From contig CM120641.1 in the NCBI GenBank assembly GCA_051362555.1, positions 310,001 through 374,000 of the forward strand: DNA of 64,000 bases. Reading direction: 5' to 3'. The translations under genes and the position numbers were made by a program. The stretch comes from Lingula anatina. Taxonomy: Eukaryota; Animalia; Brachiopoda. The first letter of the stretch is position 1; the number at the start of each line of letters is the position of its first letter. This document shows, in pieces, positions 13,509 to 28,990 of this stretch. The notes under the pieces are model-generated. The model saw nothing but the letters and a program-made list of their open reading frames with translations. It made no database searches and had not been told where the DNA came from.

Positions 13509-16500
13509 TCTGCTGTCCAAGGAATATGTGACAATCATCATCATTATTGCTCCTCCTCTATTCTTGTTACAAATCTCTTGATTGACCAATGCCATTGCAG
13601 CCATTTATGAATGAAAAGGTTTTGTGTGAATGCCAGAACAGCTTATTGCAAAATGCCAAATTATTCCTCATATTTTTCCTGAATGTGCATGATCTCTTAA
13701 CATAAGTTTCATTCAGAATTGTGTTGGTTGGTTTACTCAGACTGAGTGAGGGGGCAACTTAAAGGCATTTCAGAATGTGGTGCCTGTTATACTTCTCGAA
13801 TTTAGGGAATTTACTGTGTGCAAAGTAATCTTTTGATTCTTGTAGTAACAAAGGTAAAATACAAGATAGACCATTCTATGTCCATGCTAGCTTATAAGTT
13901 TTCACTTAATGCTGTAAATTGTTGATAAAGGGTAAAAAAAAACCTATATGACTGAGTAACAGAAGTGTAGGACTGACCCTACATATTTCTTTAATAATAT
14001 ACTGTTTTTTTGTTTTTTTTCAAACAGTTTGCTACTTATAACATTGTTTATCAGGCTATAGAAATAAGGAAAGGTAGTAACATAAAGCTAGAACTGTGGT
14101 ACTTGTTGAGGTCAACTCTAGACATCTAGCTCTAATTTGTTAATAGCAGGCGCCCTGAGTTTCAGAATATATTTGAATGATGTCTCTAACACTAGAACCT
14201 GCACATTGTTATTTAAATATAAAAAATATCTACTGGTAGTGGTGATAGAAGCCAGTTTCCATGAAACTTTGAGTCTGTTAACATTGTGATACTGGGTGCA
14301 CGGCCTGTATGTAGGTGAGAATTACAAATAACATAAGGAACAGAAACCACTTTAAACTTGCCATTATTTATTTTTATGAAGAATTTAACGGAATTCCAAG
14401 TTTCATCAAAGTCATTTAAGTCAAGCTTTTGTATGAAATTGTTTTATTTACTTTACAAGTAAGCTACTGGAAACGTAAATATTGAAGGCATTTGATTTTA
14501 ATCATAGAATATATTAAATTTATTATAATAATATTATAATAGTAATATATTAAAATTATTATAATAACAACTCGAGGCTATCATTCCTTATCCCAGTTGG
14601 TATTCAAGTAAAAAAATATATTGTTTTGTGATTGAATTGGTATTTTATTGATTAAAAAAATAAACAAATGGCATCACTAATTTAAATTAGAAACAACCTA
14701 AATGTAGTAAAACAAATGTTTGGTTATCATTTTGCTGCAGATATTCATTTCTTTAAAGGTGCCATATACATGAAGTAGCAGTAGAATTGACTTGTATAAT
14801 ATATGTGTTATTATCAGAGAATTTGCAAAAGTTACTTCATTTGTGAATTTTTTGAATGCATATTTGATACCATGAAGGGAGAATATTTTTATTGGAGTAA
14901 ATGAGTTTTGCAAATTGATACCCAATGTGTAACAACTATGTTTAAATATTAAAACTATGAAAATTATTTCAAAATCAAAATTCAAGATTCTATACAGGGG
15001 TTCCATCAGTTCTTTAATATATATGGTGATGAATTTCATTTGGAAATATTCAAAAATAACATAGAAAATAGATTTGGATACAGCATTTTGAATTACCAAA
15101 TACAAGAAAAGTAATACATATTGGGTAATAATGAAATTCTATTGGAACAGTGTAAAACCATATTTTGGGGTAATTCTGAAATGAAACTTAGTATTTTCGT
15201 CTGCTCTTTGAGTGTTTACAAATATTAATTTCAAGTTCTATGTCCTTTTGTGTGTAATAAAACACTTGTCATTAAACAACGTGCATTATGTGCCAGTAAA
15301 AGTATTGAAATTTCTTCATGAAAGACATTAAGGGTTATAAGGAGCATCTTTGGCAAGCTCAGGAGATCAGTACTTATGTTTCCATTTTTTTTTTCAAAGA
15401 TAATACAATTTATGACCAGGCTACTGTAACATAATGTAATTTAAAAAAACTGAGGCTATAAAACTCGATTATATGATTTTCCTGGACAGGAACACTTGCT
15501 TGTTTTACTGTCTGTGACATAGTCTAGAATTGTTCTTTGTAAAGAAAAACTTTCATTGTTTTTCTCCCCTTCACAATACTGGCCACTTGCCAAGTTTCCT
15601 TCCAGTTATCAAAACAGGATTTAGACGTTAACGACGCCATGTGGTTGTAGCTGTGTCAGTAGGTAGTGTTGTCTAAAATATACCAGTTCATTAGCTAACA
15701 ACACTGTTTTAATAGAACACCAATCCAAGGAGAATTTTTCGGTACTCACAAGGTAGAGAAATATTGCAACAGATAGAAAAACTTTCTCTATTTAATAATA
15801 TATTCTTATAAAAGTAATATTTGCTCTTTACTAGATATAGTATTGTTCCTTGTGGTCTGTTGATATATGTATGACTGATGTGATGATATGTGCAATATAA
15901 CCTGAGACAGTGCTAAACATGAGGTAATGAAGTCAATCCATTCCAAAATATTGGTTTTATGTTAAAAAGAGGGTGCGCTGGGTGAGAGAAGTAGTTTGTG
16001 TTGTTATGTGGACCGCATCAGTTGTCAACTGTTGTTCTTTGGGGTTGTATTTTTGATGTTAGGTGAAGACTGTAAATAATTAAACAGTTGCAATAAAATG
16101 ATTGCTCGAAAGAAATAAAATTTTGTAAGTGTGTACATAATTATAATTATAAAAGCATTTCTTTTTGGTTCACCCTGCAACAGATAAATACCATTTCCGT
16201 TTTATATGAAATAATTATTAAGTTGGAGCAATAATTGCTGAACTATTTGAAGATTTTAAAACTTTTAACCTCAACGTGTGGAGAGGAATAACAACCAGAA
16301 GTCTACAACAACTTCAGTCAGTTTACTGGTGTGGAGTACAGTTCTTTACAAACAACTCTCCATAACATACAAAGCTTTTTGTTTGTTTATACTGGGTGGC
16401 CTTTATTTACTATTTTGTTCATGGGCAAAAAAACAAAAATTCAGCAAGTATGTTTGAATGAAAATTTATTTGAATGAATTTTAAACTTATAAATACAATA

Positions 16501-19500
16501 AATTATTAAATTATTTGACTCTATCTAACACGTTCAACTGTCTTTTAATAACACTGAAGCTTTGCACATATGCTAAAAATGTATTGCATATTTGTTTGTA
16601 GTAAATGTATTTCCTATACATGATAAAATTATTTTCTCTTATTTACAATAAACACTGAAGACAGGCTTGCAGCAGTGCTCAAGTACAGTTAACTTGACAA
16701 TACCTTTTTCACATATGTAAGACAAGAAAGAAAACTGGGAAATTACAAGAAAAGAGCTTTTTCAAACAACTGGAAATTCAGAAAGAACGTTCAGAGTACA
16801 GGCACCAAATTTGTCTGAATTTCAAATGTGTGCCATCACTGGCTATTAAAGACTAAAAGATCAACGCAAGCACTACATAGAAGGTACACAGCACCTAAGA
16901 ATGCAGCAACTTGGTAATAATTAGGAACATTGAACTGAATTCTAGAACAATGGAAGGAAATACATTCCTCTAAACCCATTTTAATTTTCATGAGTCACAC
17001 ATCTTGTACTTCTTACCTTACGTCATTTTGTCTTTCTTCAGTAAAGTTAAGAAAATGAAGATATTAAAACCAAAAAGGTCTCAAAGCTACACTTCATCAT
17101 AAAAACTTAAAATTAGAAAGTTATCAACTTTGATAACCTTTTTTTACAAAATGTTGATATAGAAATCTGAGTAAAAAATATCAATATTATACCTGATAAA
17201 AACATATGTTGCTCTTAAAGCTACCCCATCAACAGGCCTACTCAACTTTTCTATGCAGAAATCTGGTGATGTATCTGCACCTCTTTTGTCTTTATTACGA
17301 ATACTGGTGAAATACTGGAGAAGCAACTAATTAAGCATGCTTCAAACATGGCAAAATTACTAAAACTAAAAGAAGCTTATGATATACAAAAATGTACAAC
17401 TAATTCAAATATATTTATATAAACTTAAATAAATAACATAAATATCATAAGTACAAACATGGTCTGCACAGCTCAGTTCTTTCAACCTAATTAGAAGGGA
17501 AGTGTCTCTGCTCAAGTCTGTTTGGTGTGGTTTCATAGGAATGGACATATATTACTTTCCATCACACAAGAAAGCTAATTACAGTACACTACTGTCCTAA
17601 AACAGAACCTTGACATATGTTTAACAAATGAAGAATAGAATGGCTCACAGTAATCTTAAAAAGCCTGGGAAATTGAATCACAACTTTGCTGCCAAGTTAC
17701 CTTGGTTCTTGTAAAATGTGGGCTGGCAAAAAAAATTCTGGTAAGAAATAACATCAAAAACATCACAATAACAGTCACAAGGATGATATCAGACCATCAA
17801 ATTCAATCTCAACCATCACATACTGGGGGTTCTCAACATCAAACATGTATTGCACCAATACTGGAATCACATCTTCTAAACTACGTTTCATGTGATGTTG
17901 GCAGAGTACTTCACTGCGAGATGGATGTCTGCTGTGCAGGTATATCTGCATGTTTTTATTCTACCACAAGAGGAATATGTTAGACAGGCTTTAAAGACAT
18001 CCAGGGTCGCCTACTACATATGATATGGCAAGCCATCTCCATATTTAACAACCATTTCCTGATGTAAGGTGTTTTTCAATTTAATTTGTGAATAGTATGA
18101 TATGAGAAGCACTATATCTGTCCATTCTGGCAACCATGAACAGAAACATGTAGCTCTCTAGTATAAGGTGGCAGGAGATAATTAATGCCATAAAATTCAG
18201 TCTCAACATTTCATGCAAGTGGATTCATTTCAGGATGGAAATTTGAGATAGGACTTTTTTATGTGAATCTTTACCCCATCCAGGTGGTGTAAGGCAGTAC
18301 CAGCTCTCGAGACTTGACACCTATAGCACTTTCTTCTTTGTGTTACATAATGTAGGACATCTTTCATATTAGAAAATGGACATGTAAACATAACAGATGA
18401 GTTGAAAATCCCTGCAAAAATTCTCTCAGTAAGCAGGCAACAGAGTTAATTAATAGCATACTAGTCTTCTACAGCCAGTGATATTGAGCATTTTGCCACA
18501 GGCCCTCCATACATCTACATCTGGTTGCCCTGACCTCTACAGCTGATGGTCATTAGTAATCTGCAGCCTGTAGCAGTAGTGTGAGGCTACATATACTGTG
18601 TACTGGGCTAGAGAACAAGCACCTGCCTTGACCTGTTATGTAACAACTGGGCTTCACCTGACATATGCCACTACTGCACAGCTCTACTGAGACACCACTG
18701 AAATTATTTCACAATCTAAAATACTGCACAGTTCCACTAAGACACCACTGAAATCATTTCACATTCTACTAAGTTTGACTCAAGTTGCGGCAGGAAATTG
18801 AGATGTGTCACTTAAAAACCAGCCGAAACTTGTTTCCTTAAGTGACAAAACCTTTTGACTCCACTGCTCAAATAAAAGTTTCTTGTAAATTTCAGTAAAA
18901 CTTTGGCTCGTACAACCACCTCACACAACTGTCATGTGCTGCCATTTATTACCAAGCCAGCAACATCAGTGCACACTAACCCTATATGCTCTAGAGTGAA
19001 AAATGGGTTTCACCTAACTTAATAAATGGTTCCTCACCTTGCAGTGGTAGAAGTCGTCTAGTTGTATCACTTTGTATGTTAAGTACAAAATTATTGACCT
19101 CTTCATAAATAAGATCTACATCTTCATATATAAATATAAGATGCAGTTGCAACTGTTGCATAGAATATCAACAGATTAATTTCTGGAGGTGATGGCCTTC
19201 TTAATAGTTTTCATCAATGACAATAAATAATATGAGTACGACCAGATCAACTTTAAAACACCATGATTGATATAAAAAAGATAAAACCTAAGACCCACAG
19301 TTATTTTATGTGACATTTTGTATAAAAATAACAAATATCATTTTCTTTAAACAACACTAAGTAGAGACAATAGTCTTAAATGACAATCTCAAGTTGCTGA
19401 TTTGTATTACAGTATTATTTGACACTATTCCTCCACTCTCTCTATTTCAGTCAGCTGGCCTGCCTGCCTGCCTGCCTGCCTATTCATTATGCAGACGTTC

Positions 19501-20606
19501 ACTGTTCCTTCTTCCCCACGCTCCAGTGATTTATTACACCTTGTTCTCATTGGGAACAAAGCTGACTATGACCTTCACCTGATCATGTGATAACAGCATG
19601 AATATCTTTAAAATCGTCTCACTTGAAAGTATATACCATTTCTCCCACCTTTTGTTTTTATTTTCTTGAATCAAAGCATTTGGAAAGCTGTTAAAAGTAG
19701 CTTTAGGAAAGCACCATGTTTAAACTCAATTGTTGGTCCTGATCTTTCTCTCTTTTTTAATGGATTTTACAAAAATTTTAGAGTGATCTATGCATGCTTA
19801 TCCTCTAAAAGTTCCCATTCCATCAGAGCTGAACTGCATTCTTACTAAATTAATATAAACACTGGTTTACTCCTTTTCCCCACTGTATGTGAACATAAAC
19901 ATATATAAAGTCCATGGCATGAAGGAGACCACTTTGGAAAAAAGAGATCCGCCAAACCAGGTGTCTGTATCAACAGAATACACTGAAACAACACTGTTAT
20001 GTACTAGTCTAGAGAAATACCAGCTAGAGAACAGTATGGGGGTATTCCCTAAATAAACCAGCATAAACAGTGACTTGAATCATTCATACAGAAACCAGCA
20101 TACCTGTGAACTCATTCATATATATTTAATTGGTACAATAATCTCTCTGCATACCAACATCATCGTACCTGTAGGAATTTCTGTAATTTCACACTATCAG
20201 CAAATGAGTTAAGTTTTTAGCTGGCTAGGTTATTTGTTCCAGTTTAGCTCTGTGTAAATGACCAAATGTTATAGCTAAATGAGAGATGCCATGGATACAC
20301 ATGATACAAGTCTATACCTGGAATTATTGAGATCACCTCTGGGAATCCCACTTCAGACATCAATATTATTATTATTATTATATCAACAGATTAAATACTG
20401 AGATCTCTTTCTCCGTCTTTTGCACCACAACAGCAAATGGTCAACATATTTGGAATTCTTCGTACCTCAGCACCAAAACACTTGATCATAATCTTAATCA
20501 ATAAATAATATAATAAAATACTTTTACATTATACAGAAACTGTAGAATTCAGAATCAGCTTTATAGCAGTACATTGTGTCTTGCAGTTCTAAGTCAGAGT
20601 GGCAGC

Positions 20607-21518
20607 CTACATTCCCACTAATACTTGCATTATATTTTCCAGTTCATCATTCCATAAGAGGTCATTTCTGCAACTGTCCACTCCGCAGGAACTTGGTAAC
20701 AAGACGTCCATATTAGAAAATGTCCTTGCCAGGTCATCCGTCGTGATGGGGGTCACGGGGAGTTTTACATTAGGCGAGGCAGGCGATAGAAGATCAAAGT
20801 CACAGCCTGCCATATCAATATCACCTAGAGGATCATCAACTTTGCTAGGACTAGTCCAACATGATGATAGAGAAGAGAGAATACTTGAACCTATGATGTT
20901 TTCATCCTCAAACAGTGAGTTCAGATTGAGAGACGATAACGATTCAACAGTTAAAAGTTTGTCAAGTCCATTTTCAATAGTTGATGCAATGTTTCTCTGC
21001 GGCGTCACAGCATGAGTCCCCAGTATATCTGTTGACCCAGTTAAAGGAACAGAGAGAGCAATAGCTGATGTTGTTGTAAATATTAAAGGTGCTGCAGAGG
21101 AAGAATTGTCACTTGATGGTGTGGAAACTATGGCTGCTGTATCTGAGACAGCAACATTAGGAGTCTTTGGTTCTTCAATATCAGTCTTATTAACATTATT
21201 TCCTATAGAAGATAACTCCAGATGTGTCATATGGTCTTGGCAAGGAATTGGATCCAGTGCCATTTCTTCACATTGAATACTGGGGAGAATGGATGGTTTT
21301 GATGCATCATACACCTTCACCCCCTCCTGACGCAGTTCTTCCTCGATAAACTTCAACGTATTAAATATAAGCACCGACCTCCGCAGACATGGCTCGACTC
21401 TCCTCAATGAGGAGGTCCGTAACTTGCACATGGAGATATTCAAAATGGACTGACGCTGATGTGTGTAGCATTCGAGGTCGGTGTCTTCTTCGTGTTTGCG
21501 CTTAACTCTTCCCAACAT
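20607..21518 (-). CDS. SERTAD2: SERTA-domain protein (SERTAD2/TRIP-Br2/CDCA4 family), single coding exon
   Basis: N-terminal MLGRVKRKH; SERTA domain QRQSILNISMCKL...EPCLRRSVLIFNTLKFIEEEL; C-terminal ELENIMQVLVG. Acceptor at 21583-21584. The symbol names the family, not a 1:1 orthologue. Confidence 0.9.
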   Translation of the reverse strand: MLGRVKRKHEEDTDLECYTHQRQSILNISMCKLRTSSLRRVEPCLRRSVLIFNTLKFIEEELRQEGVKVYDASKPSILPSIQCEEMALDPIPCQDHMTHLELSSIGNNVNKTDIEEPKTPNVAVSDTAAIVSTPSSDNSSSAAPLIFTTTSAIALSVPLTGSTDILGTHAVTPQRNIASTIENGLDKLLTVESLSSLNLNSLFEDENIIGSSILSSLSSCWTSPSKVDDPLGDIDMAGCDFDLLSPASPNVKLPVTPITTDDLARTFSNMDVLLPSSCGVDSCRNDLLWNDELENIMQVLVGM

Positions 21519-21661
21519 TTTTTTCTTATGGTGACCAAATGGAGCTCTCCACTTACCAAGACATTAGTATCCACTTGTTAGCCTGTGAAGAAAAAGGAGA
21601 CATAAATTATTAATTACACGTAAAACGTACATTGTGACCCTGTGAAGAAAAGAAGACATAT

Positions 21662-21838
21662 CTGGGGTAGCGTTAGCAATTTTTTTTTTCGTTTTGCCAA
21701 ATCACCACTTTTTTGTCAATTTGTTATCTAAATGGTGATAAATTTACTAAAATAAGTCAAATCAAGCACTTTTTTGTTTAGCCAATTGAAGTCAGTTTTA
21801 GCATTAGGCTAAACTGGCGAGTGTTAGCGCTACCCCAG
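21662..21838. mobile_element. Short TIR element (MITE)
   Basis: CTGGGGTAGCGTTAGCA ... TGTTAGCGCTACCCCAG inverted termini. Confidence 0.6.
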
Positions 21839-24800
21839 GATATAAATAATATATAATACATACATGAGTACCATGTACAAGTCTGTTGCTAATGTACTAT
21901 CAAAGTAAAATACCCTGACATTAGTATCAGGTCCCAGGGAAATTTACTGACTCTTCCCAAAAGGTAAAAGTTTGTTCTTTTCATAACACTCAAAAAAGTT
22001 TTACCTGTTGTTGTTGTGAAACAACAGTGAAAGGGGTATTCCCCATGTAACACAAATAAACTTAAATTCAATAATCATTAACAAAGCAAAATATGATGCC
22101 GATCACTGAATTGTTTAAAAAAAAAAATGAAAGTGAAATCAAAAATTTTGGAACAAAGCAGACAACTTCCTGATATACTTCAACAAAGAAAGACAAGGCA
22201 ACTCATTCAGGACATACTAACTTTATCAGGGGTCCAGTAACCAAACAAACCCTTAGTAACCCATCGCAAAGCCATCACTGAATCAATATCAGATTTCAGT
22301 TCTGTTTTAAGACAAGTAAACCTACCAGATCATCTTTTGAGCAGAGACAAAACAGAACTACTTCTTCACCATAGCCCCATGAGTCCCGGTACTGGTGGAG
22401 TCAGATATGAATAATGCCCAGGCATGACTCATATAGGGAACACTTCCTCTCCCTCAAAAAGAAGACACGCCGCAATCACAGTCCTTCCACCAATGAAAAC
22501 CCCTCCAACAACACAACTGATTTCTTATCTATCTCTTCTTCCACAAGCAAGCATGGACACCACTTCTAAAGATCTACCCGAGTTCCAGCAAAGTTCCCTT
22601 CCCCTCCATGCTTGTAGCGGCCCCTACCTGCCTGACCTGGCGTAATATTAACTTGCCTGTGCAGCTCCCTTTGTCAGGTCAGCAAAAGGAGGTCACCACC
22701 ACTCACATTAACATGCTGCAGAACGCACTGAGAACACACCACCTTAGGAAACTTACTTGTCTCAATAATGATCAAAATTGACTGGAAGCAAGGAGAATTC
22801 TACTGCTTCTGATCATATCCTGCTTGTCTTTGATAAACATGTTATGAAAGGTGACTGTAAGGTCGACATCATAACACTGTAAAACTTCAAGTAAACAACT
22901 TTAAGCCTACGTAATAATGCAAATGTTATGTGTTTACAACAGAATAGCTTACTTTATATTCACTGCTATATTTTTAAAGAGTATGCATGCACTGAAGAGA
23001 ATTGCTTCACTTATTAGTAAAATTAGCCTATACACTAACAACTAATTTTAATCAAATCCTCCCGCATTGTACTAGTACAATTTCAATAGACTGGAATTAA
23101 GTTTTTCCATGATAACTTCTCATTAGGACATCAAACTTAATAAGGTATCAATCAAACCAATCACACCAATTTCATACCCTAATTTCATCAATAACAAGCC
23201 TGCCTTGGTTAAATGATAATTTCTACCACTGTGCAAAGCTGATAAGTCCCAATTTAACATTTTCCACAAAGCTTGTTAAATGTTTCTCTCACTTACAAGC
23301 CGCCCTGATCCAAGTTGACATGATAACATTCTAAGTAAAAATCCTTCCAACAGCTCTACCTCAATCTTCCCTGTAGACAACTAATTCTGACAGTTTTTCT
23401 TGGAAGAGCTTATTATAGGTTAGCCCTCCAATGCTTGATACCAGTTATCTTTGATTTTCATATCAGGTTGTTTTGCTACTGTCATAAACCAGCTTCAATT
23501 TATCAAGCTTGTTCTTAGAATGGCATAACCCATGACAGAGAACATTGGAAGATCTTTGTTGGTGCCATACATGTCAGCCGGGGTAAAAGAAATTGATGGT
23601 GACAATTCTTAGAATGATTTTATCAGTTATAATCATACTCAAATTATACTTTCGGATGAAAAAAATCATTCAATATACAAGATTATGATATTAAGTAACA
23701 TGTTTACGAAACTAAAAAAAAAGTACAGGGAGAAGGTGGTCTCGTTAACATGGGCTCAGTGAAAAACATTGGATGAGCACTGAAATCAAACCAACTTCAT
23801 TCCAAGTAAGATCAAACATAAAGACCAAGCTTGTCCCAAGCTGTTCAAAAAGAAAGAGAAAACAATTCAGCAGCATTTCATATGTATTTCTTCTTCTCCA
23901 TATGATATCATCTTTCACATCATCTGAGATGTGAATACCTTCACTTAGGGACTATTCTCAGACCCTACCATATTAACAGCAGCTCAATCTAGGTATGGGA
24001 GCCCAGTCAAAGGCCAATGGTCTTCTTCTTTCACAAATTCATATGCAGGCCTAACTTGGACCTAAAATTGACCAAATCATGTCTCTTTATAAATACTAGT
24101 GAACAAAGTTTTCTCCAGAGAGCCATATAGTTTTTAAGACAGCTGGACAGCTTAGGAAAATTTTGGGTAATGAGGGGTAGGGGACTGACTTGTTTGGGTT
24201 GGACTCCTTTTAAATTAGTGACCAAATTACAGATTCATATTTTGGACTCCCCATAACTAAAATCCTGGGTACACCACTGCTTGTGAACCACATGAATTCA
24301 TATCCATGTAAAACTAAAAAGTGGAGGGTGCAGATTGGGAAATTTCACCATCTCTTCTAGCTAGGGCCTTGAACAAACTTTTTTTTTTTCAACATCAATT
24401 TGGGACAACCTTCCCCAGCCCAATATGCTGACTAGAGGAATAATTCAGTGTTGCAGTGAACATCTTTGGTCTTGGTTAATAATGCATATGAAGTCAATCT
24501 TTTTGCCACAAAAACCAACCAAATGCCAGTGTATAGTTTCAAATAGTATAACTAAGAGAAATACCGAAAGACATAATGCTAATATTACCTGAAAAATGAC
24601 ATCTGAAAGAAACTAGCAGAAGAGGCTTTTCCAGTTACTGTGAACCCACGCTCCACCAATAACATAAAGTTTAAGTCCCACATAAGAATTTCAATGCACA
24701 GTATTCAACAGCCCACAAACACGCTCACATTTGAAGATCTTAAACCATTTGAACACTTTCAAATAGGAAATACATACACAATAAAAGTATAGCAAATTTT

Positions 24801-26904
24801 GCCACAACATTTAATTCAAGCAAACACCCAATGACTAACTTTACATTACATGCCAGAGAGGAAATAGCAATGTGCAATAAAACCAATTTTAACTGTTAAA
24901 ATTATACTCAAGAATTACAAGTTTATATTTAAACAGATCCTCGGTGTCAGGGCCTCCCTAGCATACAGATATCTCTATAAATCTGTCTGGATATGTATTG
25001 AGAAAATATAAGCAGGCGATGTGGCTTAAAATCAATATTCTACAGTGGCAACAGTTCAACAAAGTGGCAAGCTAGATCAATGAGACACAACGGAGATATA
25101 ATACTGTGTATTTAGCTAGGACACCAGGCAGATAGTATCTTTCAAACTGGCACTGACAATGGTCACTTTCCATATTGATCAATCTGTATATGTCATCTTA
25201 ATAATGGGGCATTATCTGTCGATTTAATCAACTACTACCAGAATATATATTAGAAAATAAACCCTACCAAAGCAAAAAAAAAACAAAGAAAAATCATGAC
25301 TTTTTTTGTTCATCTTTTCTCCAAATTTCATTACCATCATTCCTACAGAGTTACTCATTCAACAGCCTTGCTTTATTCCTTTGTGAAAATTGGGGCAATA
25401 TGCTGAATCCCTGATTTTGCAGATTCTGTATGTCAATCTCAAATATCAGAATTAAGATATACAATTAGGATGACCTTTCACAATTTTGATGACAGGGAGA
25501 TGCAAATATATTGCAATGTCAGGGAGGCAATATCAAGTTCAAAGCAAAGAAGAAAACTTTCCACTGATTTTGAACATATTTTCCATTCCATCCTGTTGAT
25601 ATAAAGTCAAGGAATGGTAATAATCACCCGCACACCTTTCACCACTGTTAAGTTGTGAGATGAATGCTTGAGAGAGCCAGCCCCCCCCCCCCCCCAATCC
25701 TTCAATCATGAATACCAATGTAGAAATGTTTGCAATTGTGACTGATAACAATTAAAAAAGACACACCAGAATATCAGAGTATTTCAGTGACACTGATCAG
25801 GTACGAGCTAAAGTAATTACTAGTATATTAATTTTTTTAAAATTTATTTTATATTAAATTTAAATTTGACATTAACTCTCCTTTTTTAAATAAATTACAG
25901 TATTAAAATCCAAGAAAGTGAACTAACAACATTTATATATCCCATCTACATCCCAGTTATATCTGTTGAAATAGACATGTTAATTACTTCTCCCTACTTA
26001 CAAGAATAAGAGATGTGTTGACCTGGATGTAAGATAAATATCATGCATCTGTCCAAGAACTGTTCACAGCTATTCATTCATGAATACAATCTTTTCCCAT
26101 TGCTTTTCCTTGGGCGTAATCATTACAACACAACAGCAAATCAGTGGTCTCTGTATTTTACCTATACTATCTCTATTACCAAAAGGCACGTCTTTCTTAA
26201 GAAAGTAAAACTACCCCTACAAATTAACACTACAGGTGAGGTCACTGCGTGTTAATCCAACTTCATCCCATCTTCAGGTCACATTAGCATAGGTCCTCTT
26301 ATTGGAAATTTCTAGCACCAGTCAACAGGTCTGATCATGACCTTAATGGGTTAATGCCCTGATGTTTGACCTGCCACGACTCTCTATTACCCTTCACCTC
26401 ACAGTCCACATTATACACACTTGACTTCTTCTTTGAAGGCAGTGGAAAAATAAAGTGAAAACTCAGATGTTTGAATAGGGTGGTTTCATATCAGTTTAAT
26501 GCAGGAAAGTAAGATCTCAATATAAAAACCATTGCACTGAAGAACTTATTTTCTATTTTCTATTTATTTACTTTATTTTTTTAATGATTATAATTTTTAC
26601 TCAATGTTATTAAAAGACAGGTCAGATATAGTCAATTACGAATATACCACTTATTTTAAACATTTCAGGTGTACAGTTCTGGTGCAAATAAATCATCTTG
26701 AGGCAAACTTAACTTCAAAGCTTCAAATTTGTCACTTGACTTATCACCTAAGATAATCTCCAAAGTTAATGATGGAGTGGTACAGACAGCTGAAGGACTC
26801 AGAGCCTTACTCTGGCAATGCAAAGTAACTAGTTATGTAACACCAAATATGAATCCATATAGCTCCAACACATGACATACTACGAGGAGGCAAAATTTCA
26901 TATA

Positions 26905-26996
26905 TCGTGCTCGCTCGGCTGACAGCTATTTAGCGTGAACCCCCAGGGAGTTAAGTCGATCTAGTTTGGATCGATCTAATCTCTGGGAATGGGGTC
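26905..26996 (+). mobile_element. Truncated copy of the 215-bp MITE
   Basis: GCTCGGCTGACAGCTATTTAGCGTGAACCCCCAGGGAGTT...GGGAATGGGGTC matches the 3' part of 37921-38135. Confidence 0.7.
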
Positions 26997-28550
26997 TTAT
27001 TTAAATCATTTTGTTATAATCACTAAATAAAATATTTGGGCTTATTAGTAACAATTAATTCCATTGCTGACAACAAAACTTGTTTATCTTCGTGTACTTA
27101 CATTCATTTATTTATTTATTTATTTTTTTTTTTTTTGGCTTATTGAAAAAATGGGAAAATATGGCTGGGGTTAAGAGGGCCACCAAGGCCAAAAATGTTT
27201 GTGGCTCCCAAAAAGTCAGAAATCCACCAAGTCGGTAAAATGTCCTCCCTGTAATTTCCATGTGAGAAACCATTTAAAGGCACTTTTTTCTATGCATAAT
27301 GACAATATGATTAAAGTTTCCGCTAGTAGTATTACTTATATGCTAGGATTTACAGAATAAATCAATTTGTTTTTTAATTATGTTTCCTTGTAATGATTTA
27401 CAGTGCATTTTGATGGTTGTACTAGACTTAAGTTAACCATGTATTTCCACAGACATAAAATAAGGTATACAGAGAAAGACTTCATAAAGCATAATAGGTG
27501 TTTGTGATCTCAAACCACAGATTTGTGATCACGAACATTATATCTTAAAGACTAAACTGGTAATTATTTCATGGGGGAAACATTAAGTGATAGTGGTCAT
27601 GAACATCATATGAAAGAGCACAAAAATTTGGCCAACTTTCATCTAGGTCTCTCACTATTTACATACATTCTTCCCAATATCACACTATTAACAATACCAG
27701 AGTACTTAATGTTCTCCCGGAAAACTTTGGCACATGACACTTGTTCATAACATATCCAACATACGGAATAATGATTTTCAACTTGCAACATTGTGCCCAT
27801 GCCTACTATTTTTAAGTTTGTGTCATGAAATCGTAGTATGAGTTGTTAACTCCGCATTCGCTACCACAAATGTGAGGCTTGAGATCACAAACAGCAAGTT
27901 TGTTTATAAGGCGTGGAATGCATGAAAAAGATTTCAGCGTATCGTTCTCTCCCGAACAGGTCATTTCGTTCAAACTGCTGTAGATCATTCATCTTGGGTT
28001 TAACCACAGCAGAAAACTTATAAAATCTAATAGTCAAGCATATGAATCTACCCTCACTTATGGCTGTCTTGGGGAAAATGGTTGGCTTTCTCTGAGTGTG
28101 CAAGACATGAGTGAGAGATGAATTAGATGATGGTGGATGTGCAAACTAGACATTAAAATACAGTTTTTGGGGCTATTTGCTTTCATAAATAAGCACAACA
28201 GTGTCAGAGACTGTATATAGTGCCCATATACTGCTGCAATCACTTTGAGCACTGTGTTCCATATTGCGAATGATCCATGACTTTGTCAAAATTTTTTATC
28301 TGCAGTGAAGTGCAAAAGAAAAAGATACATTTTGGCAATATTTATTATTGGTATTTATCTATTAAAAATCTTAAAAGTAAGTATTTGTCCTAAGATTAGT
28401 TAAACACAAAGTGATTTTTGTACTTTAAAGATAAAATGCGAGTTTAAAATCTTATGCTTATCCCTTTAAAACCAACCCTGATTCCTACGCTGTCGTTACT
28501 ATCGTAGGCCGCAGTTGTGCGTAATAGTTACTTATACAAACGGAACTTAC

Positions 28551-28990
28551 CAGTTTCCCGTTATTTCCAGTAAGTCTTAACAAAGTACTCCCGTTACTAA
28601 TATGTCTCCTATCTATCTAACATATAATTTTCACTGTTGCACAGGCTAAATGAAATCATAACCTACTTTCCTCTTTCTAATCTTAACGTCAATGGAAGTC
28701 CCCGTCTAATTCAAAAACTTACCCCAACTTGTCCTAACACAGCGAAACTTTGTTAGGTTTCACATTAAGTTTCCTTCCCTCGGAAAGTCTCCGCAGTAGG
28801 TCGAATCTTATCTTAGTCGAAGCCACATCTTTAAACCTTGCGCTTTCTTTGTTTTTCGTCTCGAAAAATAAAACTTTGACGTCCTTATTTCAGCAGAAGT
28901 ATAATAATCAATTTTGACCTCTAGGTCAACGTAGGCGATGTGCCCCGCAGAAATGTTCCGGTAGAGTTCTGATTGGTTGACAACAAATAT
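28551..28990 (-). promoter_or_regulatory. Putative first non-coding exon and promoter of the SERTA gene
   Basis: Minus-strand donor CTG|GTAAGT near 28550; CpG-richer tract; CCAAT near 28972. Inference. Confidence 0.45.
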
